Below the pieces are notes generated by a model. The model was not told the DNA's origin. It made no database searches and was given only the letters and a program-made list of their open reading frames with translations. Of a stretch of 55,606 bases of DNA, positions 9,375-19,308 are shown one piece after another. The position numbers and the translations under genes are program-made. This DNA is from Lachnospiraceae bacterium (GTDB lineage: Bacteria; Bacillota; Clostridia; Lachnospirales; Lachnospiraceae). How positions within the stretch are numbered: the stretch's first letter is position 1; each line of letters begins with the position of its first letter. The DNA lies in contig JAAWLQ010000001.1 in NCBI GenBank assembly GCA_022797995.1, positions 1-55,606 on the forward strand, given 5' to 3'.

Positions 9375-10144
9375 CTCATTTCCTTTTCGGCACTGTGTGC
9401 TTCCGTCTCATTTCCGGCGCCGGATGCTTCTGCTTCGCCACTGGCGGCCGTGCTCCACACTGCTGTATCTCTTCTCTCATCACCCACAATATGTCCGTCC
9501 TCCACGGTTACCACCCGGTCCGCCTCCAGCGCCACGTGGGCGTCATGAGTAATCAGAAGAATGGTCTGCTGTAAATTTCGGTTGGACAGTTTCAGCATAT
9601 CGATAATTTCCCGGGTATTCTTCTGGTCCAGATTGCCCGTGGGCTCATCCGCCAGCAACAGGACCGGGCGGTAAATCAGAGACCTCGCGATGGCGGCCCG
9701 CTGCTGCTGACCGCCGGACAGCTGACTGGGCAGAGCCTCCAGCCTGTCTCCGATTCCCAGAGTATTTACCACCTGCTCAAAATAAGTCTGATTCACCTTC
9801 CTTTTGTCCAGCAACAATGGCATCAGAATATTTTTCCGCACCGTAAGTGTGGGAATCAGATTGTAGAACTGGTAAATCAGCCCCACCTTCCTCCGCCGGA
9901 AAATGGCGGACTGTGTCCGGTTCATGGTGGAGATGTCCGTTCCCTCCACGAACACCTTTCCCGACGTGGGCCTGTCCACACTGCCCAGAATATGCAGGAG
10001 CGTGGATTTTCCGGAGCCGGACGCCCCTACAATGGCCACAAATTCCCCTTTCTCCACAGACAAATCAATCCCGTCCAGCGCCACTACCTGATTGGGTTTG
10101 GAGCCGTATACCTTTGTTACTTTTTCGCATTTTAAAATTTCCAA
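9371..10144 (-). CDS. ABC transporter ATP-binding protein (LolD/SalX type)
   Basis: GASGSGKS, LSGGQQQR, LLADEPTGNLD; 4-bp overlap with the permease. Confidence 0.94.
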   Translation of the reverse strand: MEILKCEKVTKVYGSKPNQVVALDGIDLSVEKGEFVAIVGASGSGKSTLLHILGSVDRPTSGKVFVEGTDISTMNRTQSAIFRRRKVGLIYQFYNLIPTLTVRKNILMPLLLDKRKVNQTYFEQVVNTLGIGDRLEALPSQLSGGQQQRAAIARSLIYRPVLLLADEPTGNLDQKNTREIIDMLKLSNRNLQQTILLITHDAHVALEADRVVTVEDGHIVGDERRDTAVWSTAASGEAEASGAGNETEAHSAEKEMR

Positions 10145-10312
10145 CTACATCACCTTGCCTTTCCTGGCCTGTTGCTTCCTGACTCTCACCTATTGTTTGT
10201 GCCGCCACGGACGACATAACAAGAATGGGAACATTTTCATTCAGGAAAGCACAGGCTGCATGTCTTCTCTGTCATACAGCTGTATCCGCTGTTTTCCGTA
10301 CTGCTCATTTCA

Positions 10313-10346
10313 AGTATAACAGAGAAAAGTGACTGCTCAGTGACTG
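10313..10346 (-). promoter_or_regulatory. Putative OmpR-family tandem box and extended -10 for the ABC/FtsX operon
   Basis: AGTGACTG at 10328-10335 and 10339-10346 (11-bp period, overlapping the HK stop); TGnTATACT on the minus strand at 10313-10321. Confidence 0.5.
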
Positions 10347-11293
10347 TAGAATCGAATCTCAAAACAGGCCCCGCCGCCGTGCAGATTCCGGGCGGTTATG
10401 GTCCCGTTCTGCAGTTCCACAATGGCCTTACTCAACGCCAGACCAATGCCGATTCCGGTTCCCGACGCATTTTTCCCCCGGTAAAAACGCTGAAACAGAT
10501 AAGGCAGATCTTCCTCCGCAAACCCTTCTCCGTTGTCCCATATCCGCACTTCCGTATATAATGGGTTCTGAGAATACTCACAGGAAACCGTTCCACCTTC
10601 CGGAGTATGCTCCATACAGTTTTTCATCAGATTACAGAACGCTTCCAGCGTCCAGTCCATGTCGCCCCGGATCATGGCACACTCTCCCTCAGGTACAGCC
10701 ACGGTTATCCGTTTCTGTGCCGCCAGTTCGCAGAGCATATCTGACGCCAGTGTCAGAACTGTGAAAACATCTACCTGAACGCGCTGCAATTTCAATGTGC
10801 CGGAATCAATGCGGGAGAGCTGTAGCAATGCTTCCTCCAATATATTCAGCCGTTCCAGCTGATGCCGGATATTCTCGTAATACGGCATTGGATTATGCCG
10901 GGTAGTCCCGGACTGAGCCACACTATGTTGTACTGCATTATTCTCGGGCCTTTCTGCCTGCTCCCGCAAAAGCTGTAAGGACACAGAGGCCGCCGTAATC
11001 GGAGTTTTCAGCTGATGCGCAATGTTCTCCAGGTTCTCCGCATAGTTTTTCTTTGCCTCAAGCGCGGTCTCTCTGGTGCGGTACAAAGTGGTCACCGTCT
11101 TGTAAATCTCGTCTTCCAGCAGGGAAAATTCATCCTCTTTTCTTTGCAGGATGGTTCCTTCTCCGCTCAAATTGACACTCTCAAGGTAAACCGTCAGCTC
11201 TTCAAGCCGCTTGCGCCTTCTCCTTTTAGCCACAAAATAAACTGTCAGGAAAAGGGCTCCCTCAATCATCAGCCCCGTTACCATCCCTGTCAT
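10337..11293 (-). CDS. Sensor histidine kinase (HisKA-HATPase), single N-terminal TM
   Basis: IAHQLKTP H-box, NLMKNCMEH, DNGEGF, FQRFYRG, GIGIGLA. Confidence 0.93.
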   Translation of the reverse strand: MTGMVTGLMIEGALFLTVYFVAKRRRRKRLEELTVYLESVNLSGEGTILQRKEDEFSLLEDEIYKTVTTLYRTRETALEAKKNYAENLENIAHQLKTPITAASVSLQLLREQAERPENNAVQHSVAQSGTTRHNPMPYYENIRHQLERLNILEEALLQLSRIDSGTLKLQRVQVDVFTVLTLASDMLCELAAQKRITVAVPEGECAMIRGDMDWTLEAFCNLMKNCMEHTPEGGTVSCEYSQNPLYTEVRIWDNGEGFAEEDLPYLFQRFYRGKNASGTGIGIGLALSKAIVELQNGTITARNLHGGGACFEIRFYSH

Positions 11294-11961
11294 AAAGTAT
11301 CCTCCATACGATATCCAAAGCTTCTGACTGTCCGGATACAGGCCGGATTTCCCAGCTTCTCACGCAGGCGCTTCATGGTTACGGTCAGGGTATTGTCATT
11401 CACATAATTTCCGTTCACATCCCACACTTTTTCCAGAAGCTTCTCCCGGGTTACCGTTTTTCCTTTATGTTCCATCAGATACGTAAGCAGCTGGTACTCC
11501 GGCTGGCTTAAGGATACCTCTTCATCCTCCCGGTAAACTGCCATTTTCTCTGCGTCCAGCCGAATCTTGTCACAATACAGCTCCCTGCTTTCAGCACTTC
11601 CTGCTCTGCGAAGTATGGCCTGAATCCGGGAATACAGCACTTCCAGGTCGAAAGGCTTGATTACATAATCGTCTGCTCCGTTCTGAAAGCCATTCACAAT
11701 GTCCGCAGTCTCTCCCTTTACTGTCAGGAACAGCACGGGAAGATTCTCTCCAAAACGTCTGCGAATCCATCCGCAAAGGGTATCGCCGCTTCCATCCGGC
11801 AGGTTCCAGTCAATAATAATCATGGCGGGCTGCCTTTTCAGCAGGACCTGTTTCGCATCGGTTACGGACTCCAATATGGTCACGCGAAAATCCCGAGCCT
11901 CCAGACAGGACTTTACCCCTTCCGCTATATCTCTGTCGTCTTCCACATAGTAAATTTCCAT
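11290..11961 (-). CDS. OmpR/PhoB-family response regulator
   Basis: VEDD, IIDWNLPDG, DDYVIKPF; winged-helix end RTVRSFGYR. Confidence 0.95.
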   Translation of the reverse strand: MEIYYVEDDRDIAEGVKSCLEARDFRVTILESVTDAKQVLLKRQPAMIIIDWNLPDGSGDTLCGWIRRRFGENLPVLFLTVKGETADIVNGFQNGADDYVIKPFDLEVLYSRIQAILRRAGSAESRELYCDKIRLDAEKMAVYREDEEVSLSQPEYQLLTYLMEHKGKTVTREKLLEKVWDVNGNYVNDNTLTVTMKRLREKLGNPACIRTVRSFGYRMEDTL

Positions 11962-12098
11962 GTATCTTCTCCCATTTTACAATAAAGTCCCACTGTCATT
12001 ACCACGCGATTATATCATCCAAAATCTTATCATGATGTTCAGCACACTATTTGTCAAATGTATACTTCACATCTGCATGACGCATTGTCCTGCGCAAT

Positions 12099-12177
12099 CG
12101 AGTAGGGGAATGTCCCTCTCCACTACTCGCCGCGCGGCCCGCATGCCGCCTCAGCGGCAAACTTCCATATGCGGGCC
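12099..12177. repeat. GC-rich nested hairpin (REP/REPIN-like) element
   Basis: CGAGTAG...CTACTCG encloses GGGA-ATG-TCCC; GGCCCGCAT...ATGCGGGCC encloses TGCCGC-CTCA-GCGGCA. Confidence 0.5.
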
Positions 12178-12258
12178 TGTGCATAAAACAGGGCCGCGGC
12201 ACCTGCGATTCTCACCACTGGCGCCACAGCCCTGAAATACATCTGCACTATACTTTTC

Positions 12259-13296
12259 TTACAGTTTTAATCCCTTTAGCAGATCGCCCAGAGACGTTCC
12301 AACGGATTTTCCGGAACTATACTCCGCGGCCAGCTTCTCTTCCACCGGATCCGGCTCCGCGTTCTCCGCCACTGCCTTCATACTCAGGCTGATCTTGTTG
12401 TTATTGGTATTCAGCACCTTCACCTTCACGGTATCACCTACATTCAGCACTTCCGAAGGATTCTTAATCCGCTTCTGACTGATCTGAGAGATGTGCACCA
12501 GACCGCTCAAACCGCCGCCCAGATCCACAAACGCACCGTAAGGCATCAGGCTCTCCACCTTTCCTTCCAGCACGGTGCCGGGAGCCATCATGGCAATCTT
12601 CTGGTTCATTCTGTCCGCTTCTCTCTCTTTCAGAATGTCCTTCGCAGAAAGCACCAGCTTCTTCTTGTCCTTATCTACCGTAATCACACGCACATCCACG
12701 GTCTTGCCCACAAAAGTACTCAGGTCTTCCACATACTCCAGAGAAATCTGGGAAGCGGGAATAAATCCTCGAATTCCCTCCACGAAAGCAATCACGCCTT
12801 TGTTCACAGTCTCACTGACTTTAACAGAAAGAACTGTCTTCTCCTCCAGGTATGTCTTCACCTTATCCCAGCCGATTACTTCGGAAGCCTCCACACAGGA
12901 CAACAGGATATTGCCCGCACCGTCGTCTCTCTTTATCACGGTTCCCTGCATTTTATCTCCCACATGTACATCCGCCAGAATAGAGAAAGAAGGATCCTTG
13001 CTCAGGTCGGCGGCCTTGATGACGCCGGGTGCAAAATAATCCAGATCAAGGGTAACTTCTTCTTCATTTACATGAATCACAGTGCCGGAGAGGATGTCTC
13101 CTTCGCTTATCTTACGGAAAGATGCCTCCAGCTCCTTGCTGTAATCTTCCATAGTTTCCACTACTTCCGGAGCTTCCTCCACAGCAGGTACTTCCGGCGC
13201 ATTTGCCGGTTCTGTGACTTCTGATGTCTCCACTGCTGTCGGCGCTTCTTCTACAGGAGCCTCCTCCGTAATGTTGGTCATGTTTTCTGTCTCCAT
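12259..13296 (-). CDS. rpsA: 30S ribosomal protein S1-like protein (three S1 domains, acidic N-terminal extension)
   Basis: Three S1 repeats (GDILSGTV, GIRGFIPASQI, YGAFVDLGGGLSGLVHISQIS) and C-terminal SLGDLL. May be a paralogue rather than the main S1. Confidence 0.8.
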   Translation of the reverse strand: METENMTNITEEAPVEEAPTAVETSEVTEPANAPEVPAVEEAPEVVETMEDYSKELEASFRKISEGDILSGTVIHVNEEEVTLDLDYFAPGVIKAADLSKDPSFSILADVHVGDKMQGTVIKRDDGAGNILLSCVEASEVIGWDKVKTYLEEKTVLSVKVSETVNKGVIAFVEGIRGFIPASQISLEYVEDLSTFVGKTVDVRVITVDKDKKKLVLSAKDILKEREADRMNQKIAMMAPGTVLEGKVESLMPYGAFVDLGGGLSGLVHISQISQKRIKNPSEVLNVGDTVKVKVLNTNNNKISLSMKAVAENAEPDPVEEKLAAEYSSGKSVGTSLGDLLKGLKL

Positions 13297-13681
13297 AATG
13301 TCCTCCTTCTCTTCGCCGCAGTCACTGCCCCCTCAAAACCTGCCATGCAATGTTTCTTCCGATGACGACTGCCTGCACATTTAAACTTATTCTGCTGCAG
13401 TCCGTTCTCTTAAAACCGCTGCATATCTATTCATAACACTACCACATTCCGGAACATACGTCAAATTTTTTATGTCTGCACGTTCTATATTTACACAGCC
13501 TATATTTACACATATTTGCTGGCGTCGCTTTCTGATTGATTATTTCCCACAACAGTTCGGTGCCCTGTCTGAACTGATACTACTTTACAACATTATGGAG
13601 AGAATAGAAATACTGTTTTCATATAGAGTGAAAACTGTAATCGACCCCATCTGTCAATACTTACCAGATATAAAAAAACAA

Positions 13682-13729
13682 TTGACTTTGTCAGAGGAGT
13701 ATGATATTCTTTAATTGTTCTATATAGAA
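13682..13729 (+). promoter_or_regulatory. marR promoter with palindromic operator
   Basis: TTGACT-17-TATTCT with extended TG; perfect palindrome TTCTATATAGAA at 13718-13729. Confidence 0.55.
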
Positions 13730-13793
13730 ACGTTCTAACAGGAACTTATGCGCAGATAGTTTTTGTAAAAAGGTTCGGAAGCGAGGGATTCGT

Positions 13794-14234
13794 TTGGAGA
13801 CAAGAGGCGGTTTTTATATTACCCGGATAAAGCACCTGCAAGCCAGGATTTTCGAGAAGCTGTTAGCAGAAAATGGAATCGAGATCAGCAGCGGGCAGGG
13901 ACGGATTTTATTTGTCCTGTGGAAGGAGGATAATCTGACTGTCAGTGAAATCAGTCAGAAGACTTCTCTTGCCAAAAACACGGTTTCCATTATCGTGGAC
14001 GGAATGGTACAGAAGGGTATTCTGGCTAGAAATATTAATCCGGCCAACCGCCGTCAGACCATCATATCCCTCACAGAATATGCGAAGGCTTTGCAGGAAA
14101 AATACGAGCAGGTATCGCAGCAGATGAACCATCTTTTCTATCAGGGATTTTCGGATAGGGAGCGGGAAGAATTTGAAGGATATCTGGCCCGTATTCTGGA
14201 TACCCTGACGCAGTTTGAAGACAACCATATTTAG
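13794..14234 (+). CDS. MarR-family transcriptional regulator
   Basis: QGRILFVL...LTVSEISQKTSLAKNTVS...NRRQTIISLT winged HTH; TTG start after GAGGG. Confidence 0.9.
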   Translation: METRGGFYITRIKHLQARIFEKLLAENGIEISSGQGRILFVLWKEDNLTVSEISQKTSLAKNTVSIIVDGMVQKGILARNINPANRRQTIISLTEYAKALQEKYEQVSQQMNHLFYQGFSDREREEFEGYLARILDTLTQFEDNHI

Positions 14235-14252
14235 TGCCGTCGCGCAGCGACT
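14230..14252 (+). repeat. 23-bp dispersed repeat with GCA-triloop hairpin, copy 1
   Basis: TTTAGTGCCGTCGCGCAGCGACT; exact reverse complement at 34786-34808. Confidence 0.75.
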
Positions 14253-14372
14253 GGGACAGCCGTCCTTCCGAACGATGCCTGGAAGAATTAACGGACGCTA
14301 ACGCGGCCGGGAATTCTTCCCTTGGTGGGGCATCGTTTGGAAGACGGCGGAACTGGAATAGGAGGCCACACT

Positions 14373-14813
14373 ATGATTACACAGGAATACATTAAAGAAT
14401 TCGCCCTGAAACAGAAGACCGCATTTATCGGATCTGTGGATGAGAATGGATTTCCGAATATCAAGGCAGTATTTGCACCACAGAAAATCGAGGGAAATTG
14501 TTTCTACTTTTCCTGCAACACTTCCGCCATGCGTTCCCAGCAATATATGAAAAACCCAAAGGCATGCCTTTATTTCTACCACAAGGGGTTTCACTATGAG
14601 GGAATTATGCTGGTGGGACGGATGGAGGTTTCGCAGGATATAGAATTGAAGAAGGCGCTTTGGCATGATGGGGATACTATGTATTATAAACAGGGCGTGA
14701 CTGACCCTGACTATTGTGTCCTGAAATTCACGGCGCAAAAGGGCCGGCGGTATTGTAACCTGAATTCGGAGAATTTCATTCTGGATACAGATTCGGCGGA
14801 GACAGAGGACTGA
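14373..14813 (+). CDS. Pyridoxamine 5'-phosphate oxidase-like (general stress 26, FMN split barrel) protein
   Basis: SVDENGFP, NPKACLYF, GVTDPDYCVLKF; GGAGG RBS before ATG 14373. Confidence 0.88.
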   Translation: MITQEYIKEFALKQKTAFIGSVDENGFPNIKAVFAPQKIEGNCFYFSCNTSAMRSQQYMKNPKACLYFYHKGFHYEGIMLVGRMEVSQDIELKKALWHDGDTMYYKQGVTDPDYCVLKFTAQKGRRYCNLNSENFILDTDSAETED

Positions 14814-14814
14814 C

Positions 14815-15609
14815 ATGGGACTTTTTAAGAAAATTTTATCCGTATCATTTAAGGAAAAATCCGTATTTCGCTTTGACTATATTGTCAACACGCTGTATTC
14901 CTTTTTCAGTATTGTGTTGAAAGTATCTCTCTGGAAAGGACTTTACGGCACCGGCGGAGGGGCCATAAACGGTATCGTTCTGAACGACATGATTGTCTAC
15001 AGCATTCTTTCCAGCTTTACCCAGGGGATTACGAATACCTCGGTTATGAATGATCTGAACAGCAGCGTACTGGACGGCTCCATATCGTCCAACCTGCTGT
15101 TGCCCATAGGGCTGAAAAAATACATGTTTATCAACTCGGTGACGAAAAATATCTTCCTGACAGTCTATGGAATTGTGCCCTCCGTATTGGCGGCCATGCT
15201 GTTTTTCGGTTTCCATCCGGACATCAGATTTTCCAATTTCATACTCTATCTTTTTTCCGTCATAATGGGGATTCTGATTAACTTTTTGTATAATTTCCTG
15301 TTTGGCTCCAGTGTGATATGGCTTCGGAATTCTTTTTTCCTGAAAAACATCAACAGCGTTTTATTAAATTTATTTTCCGGGGCTCTGGTTCCTCTGTGGT
15401 TCTTCCCCCAGGGTTTGAAAGCAATATCTGATTTCCTGCCCTTCCGGTATATTGTCTTTGAGCCCATCGCTATTTTGCTGAACACAAAGAGCCATGAGGA
15501 AACCTTATTTGTCCTTGCCATGCAGCTTTTCTGGATTACTGCTTTATTCTGTGCGGTGACTCTGATCTGGCACAGGGGCAGGACCAAAATTATGATACAG
15601 GGAGGGTGA
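14815..15609 (+). CDS. ABC-2 family (DUF990) permease
   Basis: Multi-TM; DGSISSNLLLP, SGALVPLWFFP, FLPF. Confidence 0.88.
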   Translation: MGLFKKILSVSFKEKSVFRFDYIVNTLYSFFSIVLKVSLWKGLYGTGGGAINGIVLNDMIVYSILSSFTQGITNTSVMNDLNSSVLDGSISSNLLLPIGLKKYMFINSVTKNIFLTVYGIVPSVLAAMLFFGFHPDIRFSNFILYLFSVIMGILINFLYNFLFGSSVIWLRNSFFLKNINSVLLNLFSGALVPLWFFPQGLKAISDFLPFRYIVFEPIAILLNTKSHEETLFVLAMQLFWITALFCAVTLIWHRGRTKIMIQGG

Positions 15610-16424
15610 GCGCTTTGAGAGAAGTGATCTGGTATCTGCGGCTGACTACTGTGTTTACCAGAAAAGCAGTCAAGGCCATGCTGTCGTACCGCTTTTCGTT
15701 TCTGATTAACTGCATATCCCAGGCTTTGGATTATTCGGTGGCGTTTTTGCTCATGTGGGTCATGATTTCCGCCTTCGACAATATGAACGGCTGGAATGCC
15801 TACGAGGTAATGCTGCTCTATTCTTTCAGCCTGTTTGCCTATGGAGTTGCGGGCACTTTTTTCTTCAATATTATGAACAACCTGCCGGGGCAGATCTGGA
15901 AAGGCGCTTTTGACGACGTCCTTGTGAAGCCCGTAAAGGTATTGCCCTATCTGCTCAGCAGCAGCTTTATCTGTAACTATATCGCCCATTTGACGCTCTC
16001 CGCTATTGTAATGGGCATCTGCTTCCATGCACTTGAAATTCCGGTCACATTCTGGCTGCTTGTCAGAATTCTGTGGATTATCCTGTTCGGAAGCCTGATA
16101 TATGGGGGCCTTTTCCTGATTGTAAGCGGCTCTGCTTTCCTTGTGACCAAAATAACCGCAATGTTCAACATCATGTTCTTTTTCAGGGAAGTGTCCTATT
16201 ACCCTTTGACCATCTTTCCGAAGGCATTTCAGCTCATTGCCACGGTGCTGGTCCCCTATGGGTTCATTAATTTCTATCCGCTGCAGGCATTGTTGGGCAA
16301 AAGCGATACAGGATATTGGAAAAGTATGGCCCCATGGTGCCCTGTGGTTTCCATATTGTTTTTTATGATTTCCTGCCTGTTTTTCAACAGAAGCGCCAGG
16401 CAGTACAAAAGCAGCGGTTCATGA
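15606..16424 (+). CDS. ABC-2 family (DUF990) permease
   Basis: Multi-TM; GAFDDVLVKP, YPLTIFP, QYKSSGS; GTGA overlap with the previous gene. Confidence 0.88.
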   Translation: MSALREVIWYLRLTTVFTRKAVKAMLSYRFSFLINCISQALDYSVAFLLMWVMISAFDNMNGWNAYEVMLLYSFSLFAYGVAGTFFFNIMNNLPGQIWKGAFDDVLVKPVKVLPYLLSSSFICNYIAHLTLSAIVMGICFHALEIPVTFWLLVRILWIILFGSLIYGGLFLIVSGSAFLVTKITAMFNIMFFFREVSYYPLTIFPKAFQLIATVLVPYGFINFYPLQALLGKSDTGYWKSMAPWCPVVSILFFMISCLFFNRSARQYKSSGS

Positions 16425-16442
16425 GAGGATGGAGGTTTTATT

Positions 16443-17438
16443 ATGCCATTGATTCAGGTAGATCATGTTTCAAAAAATTATAAAGTCATTGTACAGCGGC
16501 CGGGGGCAAAAAATGTGCTGAAAAATATTTTCTGCCCGGAGACCAAAACCGTACAGGCCGTAAGGGACATTTCTTTTTCCATCGAAGAAGGGGAACTGGT
16601 GGGATTTATCGGAGAAAACGGCGCCGGAAAGTCCACGACGCTGAAGATGGTGTCCGGCATATTATTTCCTACTTACGGGGAAATTACTGTCTCCGGTATC
16701 TGTCCCTATCTGAAAAGGGAAAAGAATGCCCGCAATATAGGTGCTGTCTTCGGTCAGCGTTCCAGGCTGAACTGGGACTTGTCCATGATAGACAGTTTCG
16801 AGCTGAATAAGGAAATATATCGGATTGACTCTTGTCAGTTTCAGAAAAATGTGGATATGTTTGTGGAGATGCTGCACATGCAGGATTTCTGCCATACGCC
16901 TGTCAGACAGCTGAGCCTTGGCCAGCGGATGAAGGCGGAGGTGGCTCTGGCCCTGTTGCATGATCCGTCCATTCTGTATCTGGACGAGCCCACCATCGGG
17001 CTTGACGTACTGGCCAAACAGCAGATACGGGAATTCATCCGGGAGCGGAACCGTCAGTCAGGGATGACTACCATCTTGACTTCCCATGATATGAAGGACC
17101 TGGACAGCGTATGCAAAAGGATCATTATCTTATCTAAGGGCAGTATTCTTTTTGATGGAGCAATCGAAAGCTTCAAGCAGAAATATACCACCACTTCCGT
17201 GGCTGAATTTACCTATGCCGAGAAGAATACGGATATGGCGGCAGAGCTGCCCCACCGGCATCTGAAGGTCATAGAGGATAAGGACCACCGCCTGACCGTC
17301 AGTTATCCGCCTTCTGAAATCACAACGGCACAGCTGGTGGGGATGGTCAGCGAGTATTACAGAATTAATGACTTTGTCATCAAGGCTCCCGATATTGAAG
17401 ATATGGTGCGGGGGATTTATGAGAGGGAAATGAAATAA
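16443..17438 (+). CDS. ABC transporter ATP-binding protein
   Basis: GENGAGKST, LSLGQRM, YLDEPTIGLD, TSHDM. Confidence 0.93.
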   Translation: MPLIQVDHVSKNYKVIVQRPGAKNVLKNIFCPETKTVQAVRDISFSIEEGELVGFIGENGAGKSTTLKMVSGILFPTYGEITVSGICPYLKREKNARNIGAVFGQRSRLNWDLSMIDSFELNKEIYRIDSCQFQKNVDMFVEMLHMQDFCHTPVRQLSLGQRMKAEVALALLHDPSILYLDEPTIGLDVLAKQQIREFIRERNRQSGMTTILTSHDMKDLDSVCKRIIILSKGSILFDGAIESFKQKYTTTSVAEFTYAEKNTDMAAELPHRHLKVIEDKDHRLTVSYPPSEITTAQLVGMVSEYYRINDFVIKAPDIEDMVRGIYEREMK

Positions 17439-17571
17439 GAGAGACTTTCACACAAGAGATGCAGTATAGAAGATAATTATAAATGATGAAAGCAGGGAGC
17501 TTACAGCACTTCGTTCCTTGCGGTCAGATTGACAGAAAATATTGTGAGAATTGTATGATGGAGGAAAAAGG

Positions 17572-18306
17572 ATGCCTTATATTGAAGTGAATAATCTTAA
17601 CATGTTTTATGAGGAATTCGGCAGGGGGGAAGCGTTGCTGTTCCTCCACAGCCATTTCAGCAGGGGGCTGCTGGCTTTCGCTGCCCAGATTCAGCCGTTT
17701 TCAGGAAGTTACCGCTGCCTTTTCCCTGATTTCAGAGGCCACGGCAGAACCATGTGTGACAGCCTGGAATGGAACAGCCGCATGATCGCAGATGACATGG
17801 CGGATTTTATGGACGCTCTGGGGATTCCGGCTGCGCATTTGTTTGGCTACAGCTGTGGCGCATATGTGGGCTGCTATATGGCTGCAAAGTATCCTGAGAA
17901 GGTGAAAAGCCTTGTCACGGTCGGCGGGGGAGCTTATCCAAGGGCGGAAAGCGCAGACAGTTTTCTGCCGGAAAGCCTTTTGGAAAAGAACGATACCAAA
18001 TTTATTGAGGACATGAAAGTAAGACACAAGGAAGCTCACAGGGGTGACTGGCAGACTTACCTGAGGATGACGGTCGCAGATTGGAAAATGCATCCAAGCC
18101 TGACTGATGAGGAATGGGCGGCCATAAAATGTCCGGCGTTTTTTATAAACGGTGAAAATGACCCTTTTGGTACCTGTGCGGAGCTTAAGGAAAAAGTTCC
18201 ATCTGCAAGGGTATATGAGGTAAAAGGCGGAGGACACCGCCCGCATTTTGTCGGAGAACAGGCAAAGGAACTGAATTCGATGATTCTTGATTTTCTGGCA
18301 TGCTGA
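17572..18306 (+). CDS. Alpha/beta fold hydrolase
   Basis: DFRGHG, nucleophile elbow GYSCG, GENDP, GGGH; RBS GGAGG before ATG 17572. Confidence 0.9.
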   Translation: MPYIEVNNLNMFYEEFGRGEALLFLHSHFSRGLLAFAAQIQPFSGSYRCLFPDFRGHGRTMCDSLEWNSRMIADDMADFMDALGIPAAHLFGYSCGAYVGCYMAAKYPEKVKSLVTVGGGAYPRAESADSFLPESLLEKNDTKFIEDMKVRHKEAHRGDWQTYLRMTVADWKMHPSLTDEEWAAIKCPAFFINGENDPFGTCAELKEKVPSARVYEVKGGGHRPHFVGEQAKELNSMILDFLAC

Positions 18307-18321
18307 CTTCCGCATTTTTCA

Positions 18322-18360
18322 CGGCAAGTCGGCATGGGGAGGTCTCCCCGCCGACTGCCG
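18322..18360. other. GC-rich stem-loop between convergent genes (terminator or REP-like)
   Basis: CGGCA-AGTCGGC-AT-GGGGAG-GT-CTCCCC-GCCGACT-GCCG; no U-tract. Confidence 0.45.
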
Positions 18361-18415
18361 CCTATAGCATATATTTGATAATTGTGGCAGCTGTGTTCAT
18401 TCCCTGTTTTATAAT

Positions 18416-19234
18416 TCAATTCCAACAGTAAATTTTTCCATGTGCATTTCTGATGACTCCGTCTGCGAGAATATGCTTTTTCAGCTTCCTCTGCAGGGAT
18501 GTATTTTCAGGGAACTCCGCATAATCCGTATCTGCGGAGTTCCTGCCAAAGACCCACTCGATAAAGTCTGTTCTGCTCTCGCCTTTGTCGAATATTTCAA
18601 AACGCTTTTGGAAGCTGACAATATGGGCATCTTCCCTCAGCATTCCCTGCAGCTGATGGTCAAGAAGCCAGGATTCACAGCAATATTCTGCACCCTCAGT
18701 TTCCGGATAATATGTACTGAAAAACTTTTTCGCAATTTCCAGGGACCGGTCCACAGCAGATGATGAAAAATCAGCATCCGAAGGAATATGAATCTCGATG
18801 GTTATTTCCTTTTCATCCCGTACTATTTCATATTCTAATGCATCAATTCTGAATAAATGACAGCCCGCCTGGCGGGTAGTCCACCAGTCTCTGTCAAAGT
18901 AATACCTGCCTGTCCTTTTGTACGTCTCCTCAATAAAGCGGGAATAGCATTTCATCGTGGCATAATAAATTTCATCGCTGATTCCCTTCGCCTTATAAGT
19001 CCCATAGGCAGTTACCGATGCCTTCAGCATACAGGTCAGCATTTTTATATTGTCCTGGTCTTCGCCGAGAATCTCTTTTAACGCTGTCCTGGCTTCTCCC
19101 ATTTTTTCATAGGCAGAAAAATCCTTCAGCGGTTTGTCTACTGTTGTAAAGTCAAAGCTTTCCGCAAACGGAATTACTCTGTTTTTGATTTCGGTCTGCA
19201 GATTTATCTCTCCACACAGTTTTGCTATGTCCAT
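18416..19234 (-). CDS. Acyltransferase-like protein (DUF5596 / GNAT-like C-terminal domain)
   Basis: LFRIDALEYE, IHIP, CESWLL, IVSFQKRF, PENTSLQR pattern; start at MDIAKL after GGAGGG. Confidence 0.7.
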   Translation of the reverse strand: MDIAKLCGEINLQTEIKNRVIPFAESFDFTTVDKPLKDFSAYEKMGEARTALKEILGEDQDNIKMLTCMLKASVTAYGTYKAKGISDEIYYATMKCYSRFIEETYKRTGRYYFDRDWWTTRQAGCHLFRIDALEYEIVRDEKEITIEIHIPSDADFSSSAVDRSLEIAKKFFSTYYPETEGAEYCCESWLLDHQLQGMLREDAHIVSFQKRFEIFDKGESRTDFIEWVFGRNSADTDYAEFPENTSLQRKLKKHILADGVIRNAHGKIYCWN

Positions 19235-19308
19235 TTTGATTTCCCTCCGGGGTAATTTTTTACTCACTTAACAGCTCTTCAAATTCATTTCTCCAGTATC
19301 TGAACTCT

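Noticed and set aside
13472-13714. 80-aa ORF between the S1 gene and marR
   Set aside because: No RBS, AT-rich, and overlaps the marR promoter.
15246-16028. 260-aa antisense ORF
   Set aside because: Lies opposite two well-supported permease genes.
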